Assembly: GCA_041178085.1 (NCBI GenBank)
Contig: JBEGVZ010000057.1
Span: forward strand, 1 to 20,415
DNA: 20,415 bases
Direction of reading: 5' to 3'
Origin: Pseudomonadota bacterium
GTDB lineage: Bacteria > Bdellovibrionota_B > Oligoflexia > Oligoflexales > RGVZ01
The notes beneath the pieces are model-generated. The model made no database searches. It worked only from the letters and a program-made list of their open reading frames with translations, and was not told where the DNA came from. A program made the translations under genes and the position numbers. Of the stretch, positions 6,055 to 15,910 are shown in pieces; position 1 is the first letter of the stretch, and each line of letters begins with the position of its first letter.

Positions 6055-6885
6055 ATGGAATCGCCGCAAAAAGTACAAATCACGAACTTTTCGCACAAGT
6101 GTCCCGTTGATCATTCGGGCGCTTCGGTGACGCTGATGGGCTGGCAATGCACGGATGCCAACTTGCCGCCGTTGTTGTTCTTGCACGAACCCGGGGACAG
6201 CAGTGCCGCCTGTCGCGCGGATGCGGAAATGATGTCTTCGCTGGGCATGTCCGCATACTTTTTTGACATGGCAGGCCCTTCACGCTGGCGCGATAAGATC
6301 TACAGTGTCGGTCGCAGTGCCTTGCAGGTCCTCCAGCGTGACCTCCTGCAGGTGCTTGCCCTGGTGAAACATAATGAGAAAGGGCGTGCCCCTGTGGTCG
6401 TGGCCTTTGGCAATGCCGCCCTGCTTGCCGTTGATATCTCGATCAAATATCCGCGCCTTACCGGAGGGCTTGTCCTGGTGGATCCGCCGCACGCTGAACG
6501 CGTCGCTGTATCCGCCCTGCGCCAGAATGCGACGCGCCTTCTGGCGGAGGTCGCTCCCGGCATCGAGTTGCCCTCACGCCTGCTTGCTGCACGCAAGGTG
6601 GTTGGCGCCAGCGCGGCGCGGACGATCCGGTCCATGACGCCCCTGATGGCCCAGGAGTGGTTCCACGCCGCGGGCGGACTTTCTCAAAAGTTGACCCGCG
6701 TCGATTGCAACTGTCTGATCATTGCCGCAGGCGCGGACGCTGTCTTGCTTTGGCAAAAGACAATCCAGGCGCTTGACGGGGCCGGCAAGCGATGCGAAGT
6801 CTCGGAGGCGCCTGCCATTCAAAAGGCAAACAGCCGCATTCCGCTTCAGTGCCTTTCGAGGTGGCTCCAATCGATCCAATCATGA
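6055..6885 (+). CDS. Alpha/beta-hydrolase fold protein (lysophospholipase-like), probably catalytically degenerate
   Basis: Order of elements LLFLHEPGD, YFFDMAGP, PVVVAFGNAALLA, GLVLVDP, CLIIAAGAD matches Hydrolase_4-type proteins, but the GxSxG nucleophile is absent. Confidence 0.7.
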   Translation: MESPQKVQITNFSHKCPVDHSGASVTLMGWQCTDANLPPLLFLHEPGDSSAACRADAEMMSSLGMSAYFFDMAGPSRWRDKIYSVGRSALQVLQRDLLQVLALVKHNEKGRAPVVVAFGNAALLAVDISIKYPRLTGGLVLVDPPHAERVAVSALRQNATRLLAEVAPGIELPSRLLAARKVVGASAARTIRSMTPLMAQEWFHAAGGLSQKLTRVDCNCLIIAAGADAVLLWQKTIQALDGAGKRCEVSEAPAIQKANSRIPLQCLSRWLQSIQS

Positions 6886-9335
6886 AAAACGAAAGTCTTG
6901 CCGCAGGTTCCTTCAATCCGGGATCTGTGATTTCACGGTTTCAACAGGTGAAGTTCCAGTTCCGGCTGGCCGGATGGGCCTGTGAAGTTGCCACCGGCAC
7001 CCTCTTATTGTTCGGGTTGGGATCCCTTTGGCGTCCCGGCGAAGAATGGAGCAACCTTGTGCGCGCCGCGGGGGTCTCGATAATCGCGTGCGCGCTGCAT
7101 GCGATTTTTCACCGGGTAACACGTGCCGGGAATGTGCCTGTCAATGATGCCGTGGCTTCCGATGAGTGGCCGGAATGGCGTCTTCTGCGTGAAATGATGG
7201 TCCCGGCGGGCCAGTCAACGGAGGCGGACCAGGTGCTCTTGCTCCGCTTGAGCGCCGAGCTGCGTTCCAGCCTGGGCGAGAAAATTCGCAGGCTGGTCGC
7301 GCCATCGTTTGCGGGACTGGTTTTGCTCGCCCTGGCCAGGCCCGATGTTGGTGGACTCTTTTCGCAGATGGCTGCTGCGGTTGCATTCTGGCGTCCCTAT
7401 GCAGAGATCGTAGTTCACAAGGGCCTCGCTGCCGACGGTGAAGATGGTCAAGACGGTCACCAAGTCCAAGGCGCAGCCGACCGTACAGGGCATGTTTTCC
7501 CGGTATATCGTCACCGTCGTCCGGTCATCCGCCTGCTGGAAGGTAATCTGGTCGAAGTGTCACTGCCCGCTACCTCACGTGAGGCGCCAGTCCTGCGCTT
7601 TGTCGAGACTGGCCAGGATTTTGTGATGGCGGCGTCAGGCGCAGGGCAGGAGCAAGGTCGATTCAGCATCACGGTGACCGTATCCCGCTCAACCGCGATT
7701 CATGCGGTCGCCGGCGGATCATCCGTCAAGCTCGCCACAGTCGAGGTTGTCTCCCTTCCTTTGCCGCGCGTGCGTCTTGCTGCACCAGGTATCAGGCCGG
7801 CAGGCACCCAAGCCGGCGCAGACAGCGCTCCGTTTGGTGATGCCTGGCAGGATGACCAGCCTCTGAAATTGAATATCGACGTCGACGCGGACAGTCCCGT
7901 GGCATCCGTCAAGCTGCTCATTCGCAGCGGCCGCCAGGAGTCCGTGGAGAACGTGCTGAATGTCCTGTCGGATGACAAGCGTCGCATCACCACAGATTAT
8001 GACCTTGTGCTCGAACCTTATATCGAATCCGATGAGGCCGAGGTGACACTGGTCGCCATCGCCACCGATCGTGCCGTGCCCAAACCACTGACCGGTGCCA
8101 GCGAACCGATCAAGTTACAGGTGCTCAGTTCTTACGGCCGTTACCGCCGTACACTCCAAACGCTCAAGGAAGTAAAGTCGCTTCTTGATGACGCCATCCA
8201 GAACGGTGGTGCTGCTCAGCGCGAGTACAAGGAAAAGGCGCCCTCCCTTAGCGCGCTGGCAAACAAGCAATCCGAGGAATCCCCCTATTTCGATGCACTT
8301 GACCGCAACGACCTGTCGGCAATCGTCAATGACATTCAGTCCGCCACGGGTCCAGGAATGGTCGATCTTTCAGCCCGCCTGAACGACTTTCTTTTTGCTC
8401 ACGAGTCAATTGATCAGCGGGAGCGCGACCGCGACTTCTTTGTCGCCATGCGGACTCTGTCGCGCGTGCTTCAGCAACCTTCGCCGGAAGCGCAGGTCAA
8501 GCGCATCGCAGCGCGCTTGCGGGACTTCCTCGACGAACGCCATAAGTTCTGGGCAGCGCGCGTTGACCGGATCGACCCCGGATTGAAGCCTGGTCAATGG
8601 CCAGAAATTCGGGATTCGAGACCCTTCCATCGCGGGTTGCGCGAACTGGAGGAAATGTCTGACAGCAGGCAAGCCCTGGCGCGTGCATCGCAGGTTGTGT
8701 CCCGGTACCGTGCCTGGATCGACGAACTTGAAGCGAAGGAAGACGAGTCCCGCAAGCGCCGCGAGAGCGAGCGCCAACGGGGACTTGCCAGCGCAGAAAA
8801 CGAGTTGCGCGAGTTGCAGCGACGCCAGGGAGAAATATCGGCTGGCCTTGACCGCGCCCAGAGCCGAGAGGGCAATGAGCTGGCCAAGGGCTGGCCTGGC
8901 TTGCGCGGATCGCAAAACGGAAACATCAAGGGAACGCGCGGCCTTGAGGGCAAAGTGCGGGCATTTTCACCGGGGGCAGAAGTCCGCCTCAAGGCAGCTG
9001 TGGAACAGATGGAGAAAACCGTCGAGCGCGGCAATGGCGCTGATTTTCCAGGTGCCGAATCGAGTTCAGACCTGGCTGGACGGCTATTGCGCCAAGCCGA
9101 GCAGGCGGCCCAGCAGTCGCGCGAATCCAGTGGGCAGGATCGCGGCCGGCGCCGCAGGGTGTCCGGGGACAATTACTACGGCCAGTCAATCATCGGCGGC
9201 GATGTCGAGATCAAGCGGGAATACCAGGTCGATCGCAAGTACCGGGAGGATATTTTGGATGAGGTCTCCCGTGCGCGCAGCAGTGATGGTGACAAGATGC
9301 TTCTCGACAGGTATACCCGTGAGATCGTTCGCTGA
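6882..9335 (+). CDS. Large membrane-anchored protein, DUF4175-like (N-terminal TM helices, beta-rich middle, C-terminal coiled coil)
   Basis: ATG 6882 overlaps the upstream stop as ATGA. Hydrophobic N-terminal helices, beta-rich middle with VAIATDRAVPKP.TG.SEP, E/Q/R-rich helical region, and C-terminus YREDILDEVSR...LLDRYTREIVR similar to DUF4175 tails. Confidence 0.65.
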   Translation: MKNESLAAGSFNPGSVISRFQQVKFQFRLAGWACEVATGTLLLFGLGSLWRPGEEWSNLVRAAGVSIIACALHAIFHRVTRAGNVPVNDAVASDEWPEWRLLREMMVPAGQSTEADQVLLLRLSAELRSSLGEKIRRLVAPSFAGLVLLALARPDVGGLFSQMAAAVAFWRPYAEIVVHKGLAADGEDGQDGHQVQGAADRTGHVFPVYRHRRPVIRLLEGNLVEVSLPATSREAPVLRFVETGQDFVMAASGAGQEQGRFSITVTVSRSTAIHAVAGGSSVKLATVEVVSLPLPRVRLAAPGIRPAGTQAGADSAPFGDAWQDDQPLKLNIDVDADSPVASVKLLIRSGRQESVENVLNVLSDDKRRITTDYDLVLEPYIESDEAEVTLVAIATDRAVPKPLTGASEPIKLQVLSSYGRYRRTLQTLKEVKSLLDDAIQNGGAAQREYKEKAPSLSALANKQSEESPYFDALDRNDLSAIVNDIQSATGPGMVDLSARLNDFLFAHESIDQRERDRDFFVAMRTLSRVLQQPSPEAQVKRIAARLRDFLDERHKFWAARVDRIDPGLKPGQWPEIRDSRPFHRGLRELEEMSDSRQALARASQVVSRYRAWIDELEAKEDESRKRRESERQRGLASAENELRELQRRQGEISAGLDRAQSREGNELAKGWPGLRGSQNGNIKGTRGLEGKVRAFSPGAEVRLKAAVEQMEKTVERGNGADFPGAESSSDLAGRLLRQAEQAAQQSRESSGQDRGRRRRVSGDNYYGQSIIGGDVEIKREYQVDRKYREDILDEVSRARSSDGDKMLLDRYTREIVR

Positions 9336-9350
9336 TTAAAATTTGAACAG

Positions 9351-9698
9351 GTGTGCCTTGTGGATGTTCAGATGCCCCATGAAAAACTGCTTCGCGTGAT
9401 TCAACGCGAGTCGCAGCGAGCGCTCAATTCAAGGCAGGTGGCCCGTCGTCTGGAGTCCTTGCTGCCCCAGCGTTTGCGGGAAATATCCCGGGCCAAGCGC
9501 GGGCAGGTTGGCAAGGCCGCCGCGGCCGACCGGATGGCTCTTTGCGATGAGTCCTACCTGAACTTTGTCGAAGAATTTGTCAGCATCCACGGCGAGGCTG
9601 TCGCAGGTCGAGTCCAGTACGAGACCCACATGATGCTGTTTGAAGCCCGCCGGACCTTGCGCAATGCCCGTTCTGCGCCTCGACACGGCCGGAAATAG
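9351..9698 (+). CDS. Hypothetical small basic helical protein
   Basis: Fills the gap between two co-oriented genes; amphipathic helical sequence. True start may be ATG at 9372. Confidence 0.7.
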   Translation: MCLVDVQMPHEKLLRVIQRESQRALNSRQVARRLESLLPQRLREISRAKRGQVGKAAAADRMALCDESYLNFVEEFVSIHGEAVAGRVQYETHMMLFEARRTLRNARSAPRHGRK

Positions 9699-9765
9699 TC
9701 TGTAAATTTGTCTGGTTGAGTCCATCTGGAACATCCTGCCGTCCGTGGCGGAAAGGGCTTTTACC

Positions 9766-11772
9766 GTGTCAGTCAGCAATGTCCTGTTTGCGATTGTCTC
9801 CCTGGCAGTGTTCGGGTTCTTCGGCTTCAACGTCCTGCGACTTTGGCGGTGGTTCCATGTTGGCGCAGGCCCGGAAGAGTCGCGCATCGACAACATCCCG
9901 CAGCGCATTGGCGGCGTCATAGTTGGTGGATTGCTGCAGCCGCGAATGTTTCGCGAACTTGTCCCCGGTATCATGCACGCCGTGATCTTCTGGGGTTTTG
10001 TCACGGTCACCATCGGCACGGTGGAAACGCTGATTCATGGCGTTTTCCCAGCTTTCAGCTTCACCATGATTCTGGGTGAAGGCGCGTTCTATCACTTTTA
10101 CCTGTTCATGCAGGACATCGGTAACTTTGCCGTCGCAATCGCCATCGTGTGGGCGATCAGCCGGCGCTTGTTCTTCCCGCCTGCGCGCCTGGCCAGCCTG
10201 GCGAAGGCGTCGCGTGTGGACGCAATCATTGTCCTGAGCTTCATCCTCGGCCTGGTGACAACATCGTTGATCTACATGGGCGGCAAAACCCACTTGGCCG
10301 CAGACCAGGGCGGACTCCCGTCGGGGCCGTTGGCGATGTCGCGTCTGTTTGGCAATGCCGTTGGCGGTGTCTTCGGCATCAACTCGCAGGAGGGCTGGGA
10401 CAGTTTTGCTTCCGGCTTCTGGTGGTTCCACGTTGGCATTCTGTTCACTTTCACTTCGTTCATCCCGTATTCAAAACACCAGCACTTCGTGTGGGCATGG
10501 CCCAACGTCTTTTTCCGTTCCCTTCATTCGCGCGGACGCCTTCGTCCGATGGAGTTCAAGGATGACGCCGAGTCTTTTGGTGTCGGAAAGGTCCAGGACT
10601 TTACGTGGAAGCAACTCCTCGACGGGTACACCTGTGTCGAGTGCGGTCGCTGCACGTCCCAGTGCCCGGCAAACGTAACGGGCAAGCCACTTGACCCGCG
10701 CGCCATCATCAAACACCTGAAAACGGCGCTGACCGAGGCCGAGACCCTTCCCGAAGACAAGCGCAAGCCGCTCATCGACGGGATCGTGACCCGGGATGAA
10801 CTGTGGAGCTGCACGACATGCGGTGCCTGCATGGAGGCCTGCCCGCTCTACATCGAACACATCCCGGCAATTGTCGACATGCGTCGCTACATGACCCTGA
10901 CCGAAGGGCAGTTTCCGCCAGAGCTGGCAAACACCTTCAAGAACCTTGAAAACAATTTTTCGCCCTGGGCGATGAACCCGTCGACGCGGGCCGACTGGGC
11001 AAAGGATCTTAACGTCACGACGATGGCCCAGAAGAACGACGTCGAGTACCTGTTCTGGGTTGGCTGCGCAGGCTCCTACGACGACCGCTACAAGAAGGTG
11101 TCCCGTTCGATCGTCAAGATCATGCAGACCGCCGGTGTCAGCTTCTCGATCCTTGGCACGGAGGAAAAGTGCAATGGTGACACGGCACGGCGCCTTGGGA
11201 ACGAGTACCTCGCCAACGCCGCGATCGAGGAAAACGTCGGTACGATGAAGAAGTACGGGGTCAAGAAAGTCGTTACTGGATGTCCCCACTGTTTCAATAC
11301 GATCAAGAACGAGTACCCGGATTTCGGCTTTAAGGCAGAGGTGGTCCACCACTCAGAGTTGATCACCGACCTGGTAAAATCTGGCAAGATCAAGCCGACG
11401 GCAGTCCCGGCGGAGGCCAAGGCAGAGATCACCTATCACGACTCCTGCTACCTGGGTCGCCATAACGAGGTCTACGAAAGCCCTCGTGCCGTGCTGGAGG
11501 CTGTGCCCGAGGCCAAGCTGACCGAAATGCCGCGCAGCAAGGACAAGGGTTTCTGCTGCGGTGCCGGTGGTGGACGCATGTGGATGGAAGAACACATCGG
11601 CACGCGTGTGAACAACAATCGCGCCGAGGAAGCCATCGCTACCGGCGCGAAGACGGTCGCGGTCGCCTGTCCATTCTGCATGACCATGATGACCGACGGC
11701 GTCAAGGCAAACGGCAAGGCTGGTGAAGTCGAAGTGAAGGATATCTCGGAGATCATAGCCGGGACGATCTGA
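9766..11772 (+). CDS. Membrane-bound Fe-S oxidoreductase, FadF/heterodisulfide-reductase-related (TM domain + 2x 4Fe-4S + CCG domains)
   Basis: TM region with MHAVIFWGF and WWFH...[19 protein letters not shown] and [12 protein letters not shown] ferredoxin motifs; CCG-domain motifs [34 protein letters not shown] and ACPFC. GTG 9766 after GAAAGGG preferred to 9745. Confidence 0.9.
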   Translation: MSVSNVLFAIVSLAVFGFFGFNVLRLWRWFHVGAGPEESRIDNIPQRIGGVIVGGLLQPRMFRELVPGIMHAVIFWGFVTVTIGTVETLIHGVFPAFSFTMILGEGAFYHFYLFMQDIGNFAVAIAIVWAISRRLFFPPARLASLAKASRVDAIIVLSFILGLVTTSLIYMGGKTHLAADQGGLPSGPLAMSRLFGNAVGGVFGINSQEGWDSFASGFWWFHVGILFTFTSFIPYSKHQHFVWAWPNVFFRSLHSRGRLRPMEFKDDAESFGVGKVQDFTWKQLLDGYTCVECGRCTSQCPANVTGKPLDPRAIIKHLKTALTEAETLPEDKRKPLIDGIVTRDELWSCTTCGACMEACPLYIEHIPAIVDMRRYMTLTEGQFPPELANTFKNLENNFSPWAMNPSTRADWAKDLNVTTMAQKNDVEYLFWVGCAGSYDDRYKKVSRSIVKIMQTAGVSFSILGTEEKCNGDTARRLGNEYLANAAIEENVGTMKKYGVKKVVTGCPHCFNTIKNEYPDFGFKAEVVHHSELITDLVKSGKIKPTAVPAEAKAEITYHDSCYLGRHNEVYESPRAVLEAVPEAKLTEMPRSKDKGFCCGAGGGRMWMEEHIGTRVNNNRAEEAIATGAKTVAVACPFCMTMMTDGVKANGKAGEVEVKDISEIIAGTI

Positions 11773-11808
11773 GTCTTTGTTTTCAGGCACCAATGGGGAG
11801 AGTCAAGG

Positions 11809-13272
11809 ATGACGTCATTTTCTCGCCGGCTGGCGCGGCTGTCGTGCTGGCATTTGCTACTGGCTTCAAGTTTGCTGGTGACTCCCGTCATGGCAGCTCC
11901 GGCTGCAAACCGCCTGGCCCCCACGCCCGCACCTGGCAAGGCGGAGCGCCAGTCACCACTGGTGGATTCTTCCTTTCGATTGCGCAAGATGCCCAACGGC
12001 ATGGACCTGGTCACGGTCCCGTCGCCTAAGGTACCCCTCGTCACCATCGTCCTGGTTGCCAAGGCAGGAGCCATGACCGAGACGAAGGACATCAGCGGAC
12101 TTACCCACCTTTGGGAACACATGTTTTTCAAGGGCAACCAGCGACTCTCCAACCAGGAAGCCTTCATGAATCGCGTGCGCGACCTTGGCATCGTCTTCAA
12201 CGGAGACACTTCGGCCGAGGTCGTCCGCTATTACTTCACCTTGCCGTCGGCCTTCCTTGAGGAAGGGCTCCAGTTCATGTCAGATGCGATTTCCACCCCG
12301 CTTCTGGAGCAGGGCGAGCTTGAGAAAGAGCGCAAGGTCGTCCTCGATGAATACGACCGGGACGCCTCCTCGCCCGGATTCGACCGTTACAACCTGACGC
12401 GAAAACTGCAGTTTGGCCCCGAGGAACACCGCCGCAATCCGCTGGGTGTCCGTAAGGTGATCGAGACCGCGACGCGCGAGCAGTTGCTGCGCATCAAGAC
12501 AGAAGTCTTCGTCCCGGCCAATTGCGCCCTTCTTGTCGGCGGAGATTTCGACCAAAGCAGGATCCAGTCGCAGGTCGAAAAATATTTTTCTGGCTGGACG
12601 ACACCTGCAGGATGGAAGCCTGTTGCCCGCCCTGTGATGCCGAAGCTGACTGCAACTTCTGACTTTGTGATGACCCGTCCAAAGGTGGAAAACGCTGACA
12701 TCTCCCTCTCATTCAGCGGGCCGCTGGCGTCCAAGGACGTCAAGGACACCTACGCAGGCGATATCCTTGGGCGGATGCTTGGGCACAAGAATGGCCGCTT
12801 CTACAAGAAGTTCATCGATTCTGGCCTGACATTCGGCGCAGGTGCCGGTTACTACACCCAGGCCGACGCAGGGGACATTTCTGTCAACGCGTCCACGACC
12901 CCGGAAAAGGCGCAGAAGGTTCTGTCGGCCCTTCTGGAGGAGATTCCGGAGATGCGACGCCCAGGATACTTCACGCGCGAACAACTCGAAGACGCAAAGC
13001 GCAGCTTTGCAATCGAACGCAAGTTCGACCTGAACAAGATTTCCGAACATACCAAGTCGCTGGCCTTCTGGTGGGCCGTTACTGGCCTTGATTACTACGG
13101 CAGCTATCTTGTTCACCTGAATGCGGTCAGGATGAGCGACGTGCAAGCATTCATTGGCAAGTGGATGTACAAGAAGCCCCATATCGCCTCGATCTTCATG
13201 TCGCCCGAGGCTGCGGTAAAGGTCGGCCTCAAGGACAACTCGGCTCCCCTGATGGAGAAATTTTCTCGATGA
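11809..13272 (+). CDS. M16 (pitrilysin/insulinase) family zinc peptidase, catalytic subunit, with signal peptide
   Basis: SGLTHLWEHMFFKG (HxxEH), NGDTS and ERKVVLDE third-ligand motif; N-terminal signal ending PVMA. Confidence 0.93.
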   Translation: MTSFSRRLARLSCWHLLLASSLLVTPVMAAPAANRLAPTPAPGKAERQSPLVDSSFRLRKMPNGMDLVTVPSPKVPLVTIVLVAKAGAMTETKDISGLTHLWEHMFFKGNQRLSNQEAFMNRVRDLGIVFNGDTSAEVVRYYFTLPSAFLEEGLQFMSDAISTPLLEQGELEKERKVVLDEYDRDASSPGFDRYNLTRKLQFGPEEHRRNPLGVRKVIETATREQLLRIKTEVFVPANCALLVGGDFDQSRIQSQVEKYFSGWTTPAGWKPVARPVMPKLTATSDFVMTRPKVENADISLSFSGPLASKDVKDTYAGDILGRMLGHKNGRFYKKFIDSGLTFGAGAGYYTQADAGDISVNASTTPEKAQKVLSALLEEIPEMRRPGYFTREQLEDAKRSFAIERKFDLNKISEHTKSLAFWWAVTGLDYYGSYLVHLNAVRMSDVQAFIGKWMYKKPHIASIFMSPEAAVKVGLKDNSAPLMEKFSR

Positions 13273-14663
13273 AAACCATGCAAACCACGACGCGATCCCG
13301 GAAAGTACTTCGTCGCACGCTGGCGTTCCTTTTACCGGTTTTCTGCTGCCCCGTGATGGCAAAGTCTGCGCCCCTGGTCCGCCCTGAATTCGTCCAGCAG
13401 CAGAAGCAGGCCACTAAAAAAGTGATTTTGCCCTCGGGCGTGACGGTCATCCTGAGGCAGCTTCCAGGGTCCGGGATCACAAGCCTCGCCCTGGGCTTCC
13501 GGGCCGGTTATTCGGCATTGCCCGCCGGACGTCGTGTCCTGCCTGACCTCATGTTTGGTTCCATGGCAAAGGCGGCCAGGGGCTACCCGAAGGTCAAAAT
13601 GAACGCCCTGACGGAGAAGTATTCAATCGGGATCGGGTGCGGCAGTGGAATCGAGTTCTCTAACTGCTCAATGACTTCGCTTTCCGAATACTGGGATAAG
13701 GCCTTGCCAGCCTTCGCGGCGGTGGTCGCAAGCCCGCTTTTTGACGCGGCAGACCTGCAGCTCCAGCGTGAGCGTCTTGAGGCGTCTTATCAGTCGATGT
13801 CCGAGGAGCCCGGCTCTTACTCGAACGATGTCGTAAACCGTATTTTCTACCCCGTCGGGCATCCTTACCGGCTGCTGCGTGAAGAGGCTTTGAAGGAACT
13901 GGCAGACATGCGGCGTGACGAAGTGGTCGCTTACCACAAGTCCGTGATGGCAGGATCGCCTCCGATAATCGTCGTTGTGTCTGACCTGCCGGATGACAAG
14001 GTCATCGCTGACTTGCAGCGTCACTTCGGTAAATGGTCCGGCAAGCCTGCACAGTTGCCTGACGTTCCTGTCCCGTCGTTTGATTCGGGAACAGCATTTG
14101 CCATCGAGGATCGTGACATCCCGACGGCCTACATTCGCTTCAAGTTTCCGGCAGTAGCTGCGGCGGCAAAGGACTCAGTTGCGTCACGCCTGTTGTTTGA
14201 GATCCTGAGCGAAGAGTTGTGGGATGAGGTGCGGACCCGGCGCTCGCTCTCCTACGGTGTTGGTGCCGCACAGGTGCAATACCGGATGGGAATCGGTTCA
14301 ATTTCGGTTTCGACTTCGAAGCCCCAGGAAGCGCTCGATGCCATCGCCGGTGTGGTTCAGCGCGTTAAATCTAAAAAATTCGCCAAGGCAGATCTCGATC
14401 GCTTCAAGGTTGTCTTCAGCACTTCGTATTTTGCAACCCAGGAAACCCACGGCAGCCTGGCAGGCGCTCTGCTCACCAGCTGGCAATACTTCGGCACGAC
14501 GGATCGCTTGTACGACTTGCCAGCAGAACTAGATCGCGTGACCCCGGAGGATATCCAGCGCATTGCCGGTGATGTCCTGAAACAGATGCGGGTTGGTGTC
14601 GTTTATTCGAAGGCGAAGTTCAACGCAGCGTGGGTTAACGCATTCAATGAGAAATTGCGGTAA
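13269..14663 (+). CDS. M16 family peptidase, non-catalytic partner subunit, with signal peptide
   Basis: M16 fold features (LPSGVTVI, YPVGHPY, VTPEDIQRIA); lacks HxxEH but keeps the R..R.LSY pair (EVRTRRSLSYGV). ATG 13269 overlaps the upstream stop as ATGA. Confidence 0.9.
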   Translation: MKTMQTTTRSRKVLRRTLAFLLPVFCCPVMAKSAPLVRPEFVQQQKQATKKVILPSGVTVILRQLPGSGITSLALGFRAGYSALPAGRRVLPDLMFGSMAKAARGYPKVKMNALTEKYSIGIGCGSGIEFSNCSMTSLSEYWDKALPAFAAVVASPLFDAADLQLQRERLEASYQSMSEEPGSYSNDVVNRIFYPVGHPYRLLREEALKELADMRRDEVVAYHKSVMAGSPPIIVVVSDLPDDKVIADLQRHFGKWSGKPAQLPDVPVPSFDSGTAFAIEDRDIPTAYIRFKFPAVAAAAKDSVASRLLFEILSEELWDEVRTRRSLSYGVGAAQVQYRMGIGSISVSTSKPQEALDAIAGVVQRVKSKKFAKADLDRFKVVFSTSYFATQETHGSLAGALLTSWQYFGTTDRLYDLPAELDRVTPEDIQRIAGDVLKQMRVGVVYSKAKFNAAWVNAFNEKLR

Positions 14664-15600
14664 TTGCTGCCTTGACGTCGTCCGTGTGTGAAAGGCGCGC
14701 CTCTTTCGGGATCTGGCGCTTGGCGAGTCCCGCCAAGACCTTGCCAGGTCCCACTTCGACAAAATCGGTGATGCCGGCCTGGACGGCGGTCTCGAGTGTC
14801 TGGGTCCAAAGGACACTGTGATCGATCTGCTCGATCAGATGTTCGATCTTGTAAGGCGATTCGATTTTTCCCGTGCGGTTGGCAATCACTTTTGCCGGTG
14901 ACGGACAAAGTGGGGTGTCAAGCAGGAGAGGTTCCATCGCATTGCGTGCCTTCGTCATCAAGGACGAATGAAACGGCGCGCTGACGGGCAGCATGACACA
15001 GCGTGCCTTGTCGGCTTCCAGCGCCTTGGCCAGATCTTCGACGGCTTGTTTGTGCCCGGCGACAACGAGTTGTTGCGGGCTGTTGAAGTTGACCACTTCC
15101 ACAACGCAGCCTGGGCGCGACATTTCAGCAGCTTTTTTTTGCAGGGCTTCCGGTGCGACGCCCATGACTGCAGCCATGGCGCCCGTTCCGGCGGGAACGG
15201 CCTCTTGCATGGCTTCACCGCGGCGTCTGACCAGGAAGGCTGCGCGACCGAGCGCAAGTTTCCCGGCGGCAACCAGCGCCGAATATTCACCAAGGCTGTG
15301 CCCGGCGAACCATTCAGCAGCAAAGCCAGCTTCTTTTTCCAGAACGCGCCACGTGGCGACACTCACGGTCAAGATGCAGGGTTGTGTGTTGGCAGTAAGC
15401 TTCAGGTCTTCTTCAGGACCTTCGAGGCAGATCTTCCGGATGTTGACCTTGCAGGCGTCTTCCGCTTCCTCAAAGGCGACGCGGCTTTCCGGAAATTCAG
15501 AAAGCAATTGCCGCCCCATCCCAACGTATTGGGAGCCTTGCCCGGGGAACATGGCCAAGGTGGTTGAGGCGGCTCGGGTCGACATGACGGCTTGGGTCAA
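14644..15600 (-). CDS. fabD: Malonyl-CoA:ACP transacylase
   Basis: FPGQGSQ, TANTQP, GHSLGEYSAL active site, LPVSAPFHS, EVGPGKVL. Start is TTG 15600 (overlapping the rpmF stop) or ATG 15585. Confidence 0.97.
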   Translation of the reverse strand: MTQAVMSTRAASTTLAMFPGQGSQYVGMGRQLLSEFPESRVAFEEAEDACKVNIRKICLEGPEEDLKLTANTQPCILTVSVATWRVLEKEAGFAAEWFAGHSLGEYSALVAAGKLALGRAAFLVRRRGEAMQEAVPAGTGAMAAVMGVAPEALQKKAAEMSRPGCVVEVVNFNSPQQLVVAGHKQAVEDLAKALEADKARCVMLPVSAPFHSSLMTKARNAMEPLLLDTPLCPSPAKVIANRTGKIESPYKIEHLIEQIDHSVLWTQTLETAVQAGITDFVEVGPGKVLAGLAKRQIPKEARLSHTDDVKAAITAISH

Positions 15601-15809
15601 GCTTCAGTCGAGAAGTCAGCGTCCGCAGACGACTTCTTCACAGGCAGCACAGACTTGCCTTTGTAGTGTCCGCAGGCTTCGCAAACGGAGTGCGGCTTCT
15701 TTGCCTGGCCGCAGTTTTTGCAAACCGACATGCCGGCAGGCGTCAAGTGGTGGTGCGAACGGCGCATGTCGCGCTTGGAGCTTGATGTACGAAACTTTGG
15801 TGTTGGCAT
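15597..15809 (-). CDS. rpmF: 50S ribosomal protein L32 (Zn-binding form)
   Basis: MPTPKFRTSSSKRDMRRSHH...CKNCG...PHSVCEACGHYKGK. Confidence 0.97.
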   Translation of the reverse strand: MPTPKFRTSSSKRDMRRSHHHLTPAGMSVCKNCGQAKKPHSVCEACGHYKGKSVLPVKKSSADADFSTEA

Positions 15810-15910
15810 GGGATTCTTCCCCGGTCTTTCTTACGTGAAACAAGGGCCTTGCTTTTAGTCGCAAGTCGCCCGGATGGTCAACTGTTGTTTGGCATCATTT
15901 GGCGCCAGGT

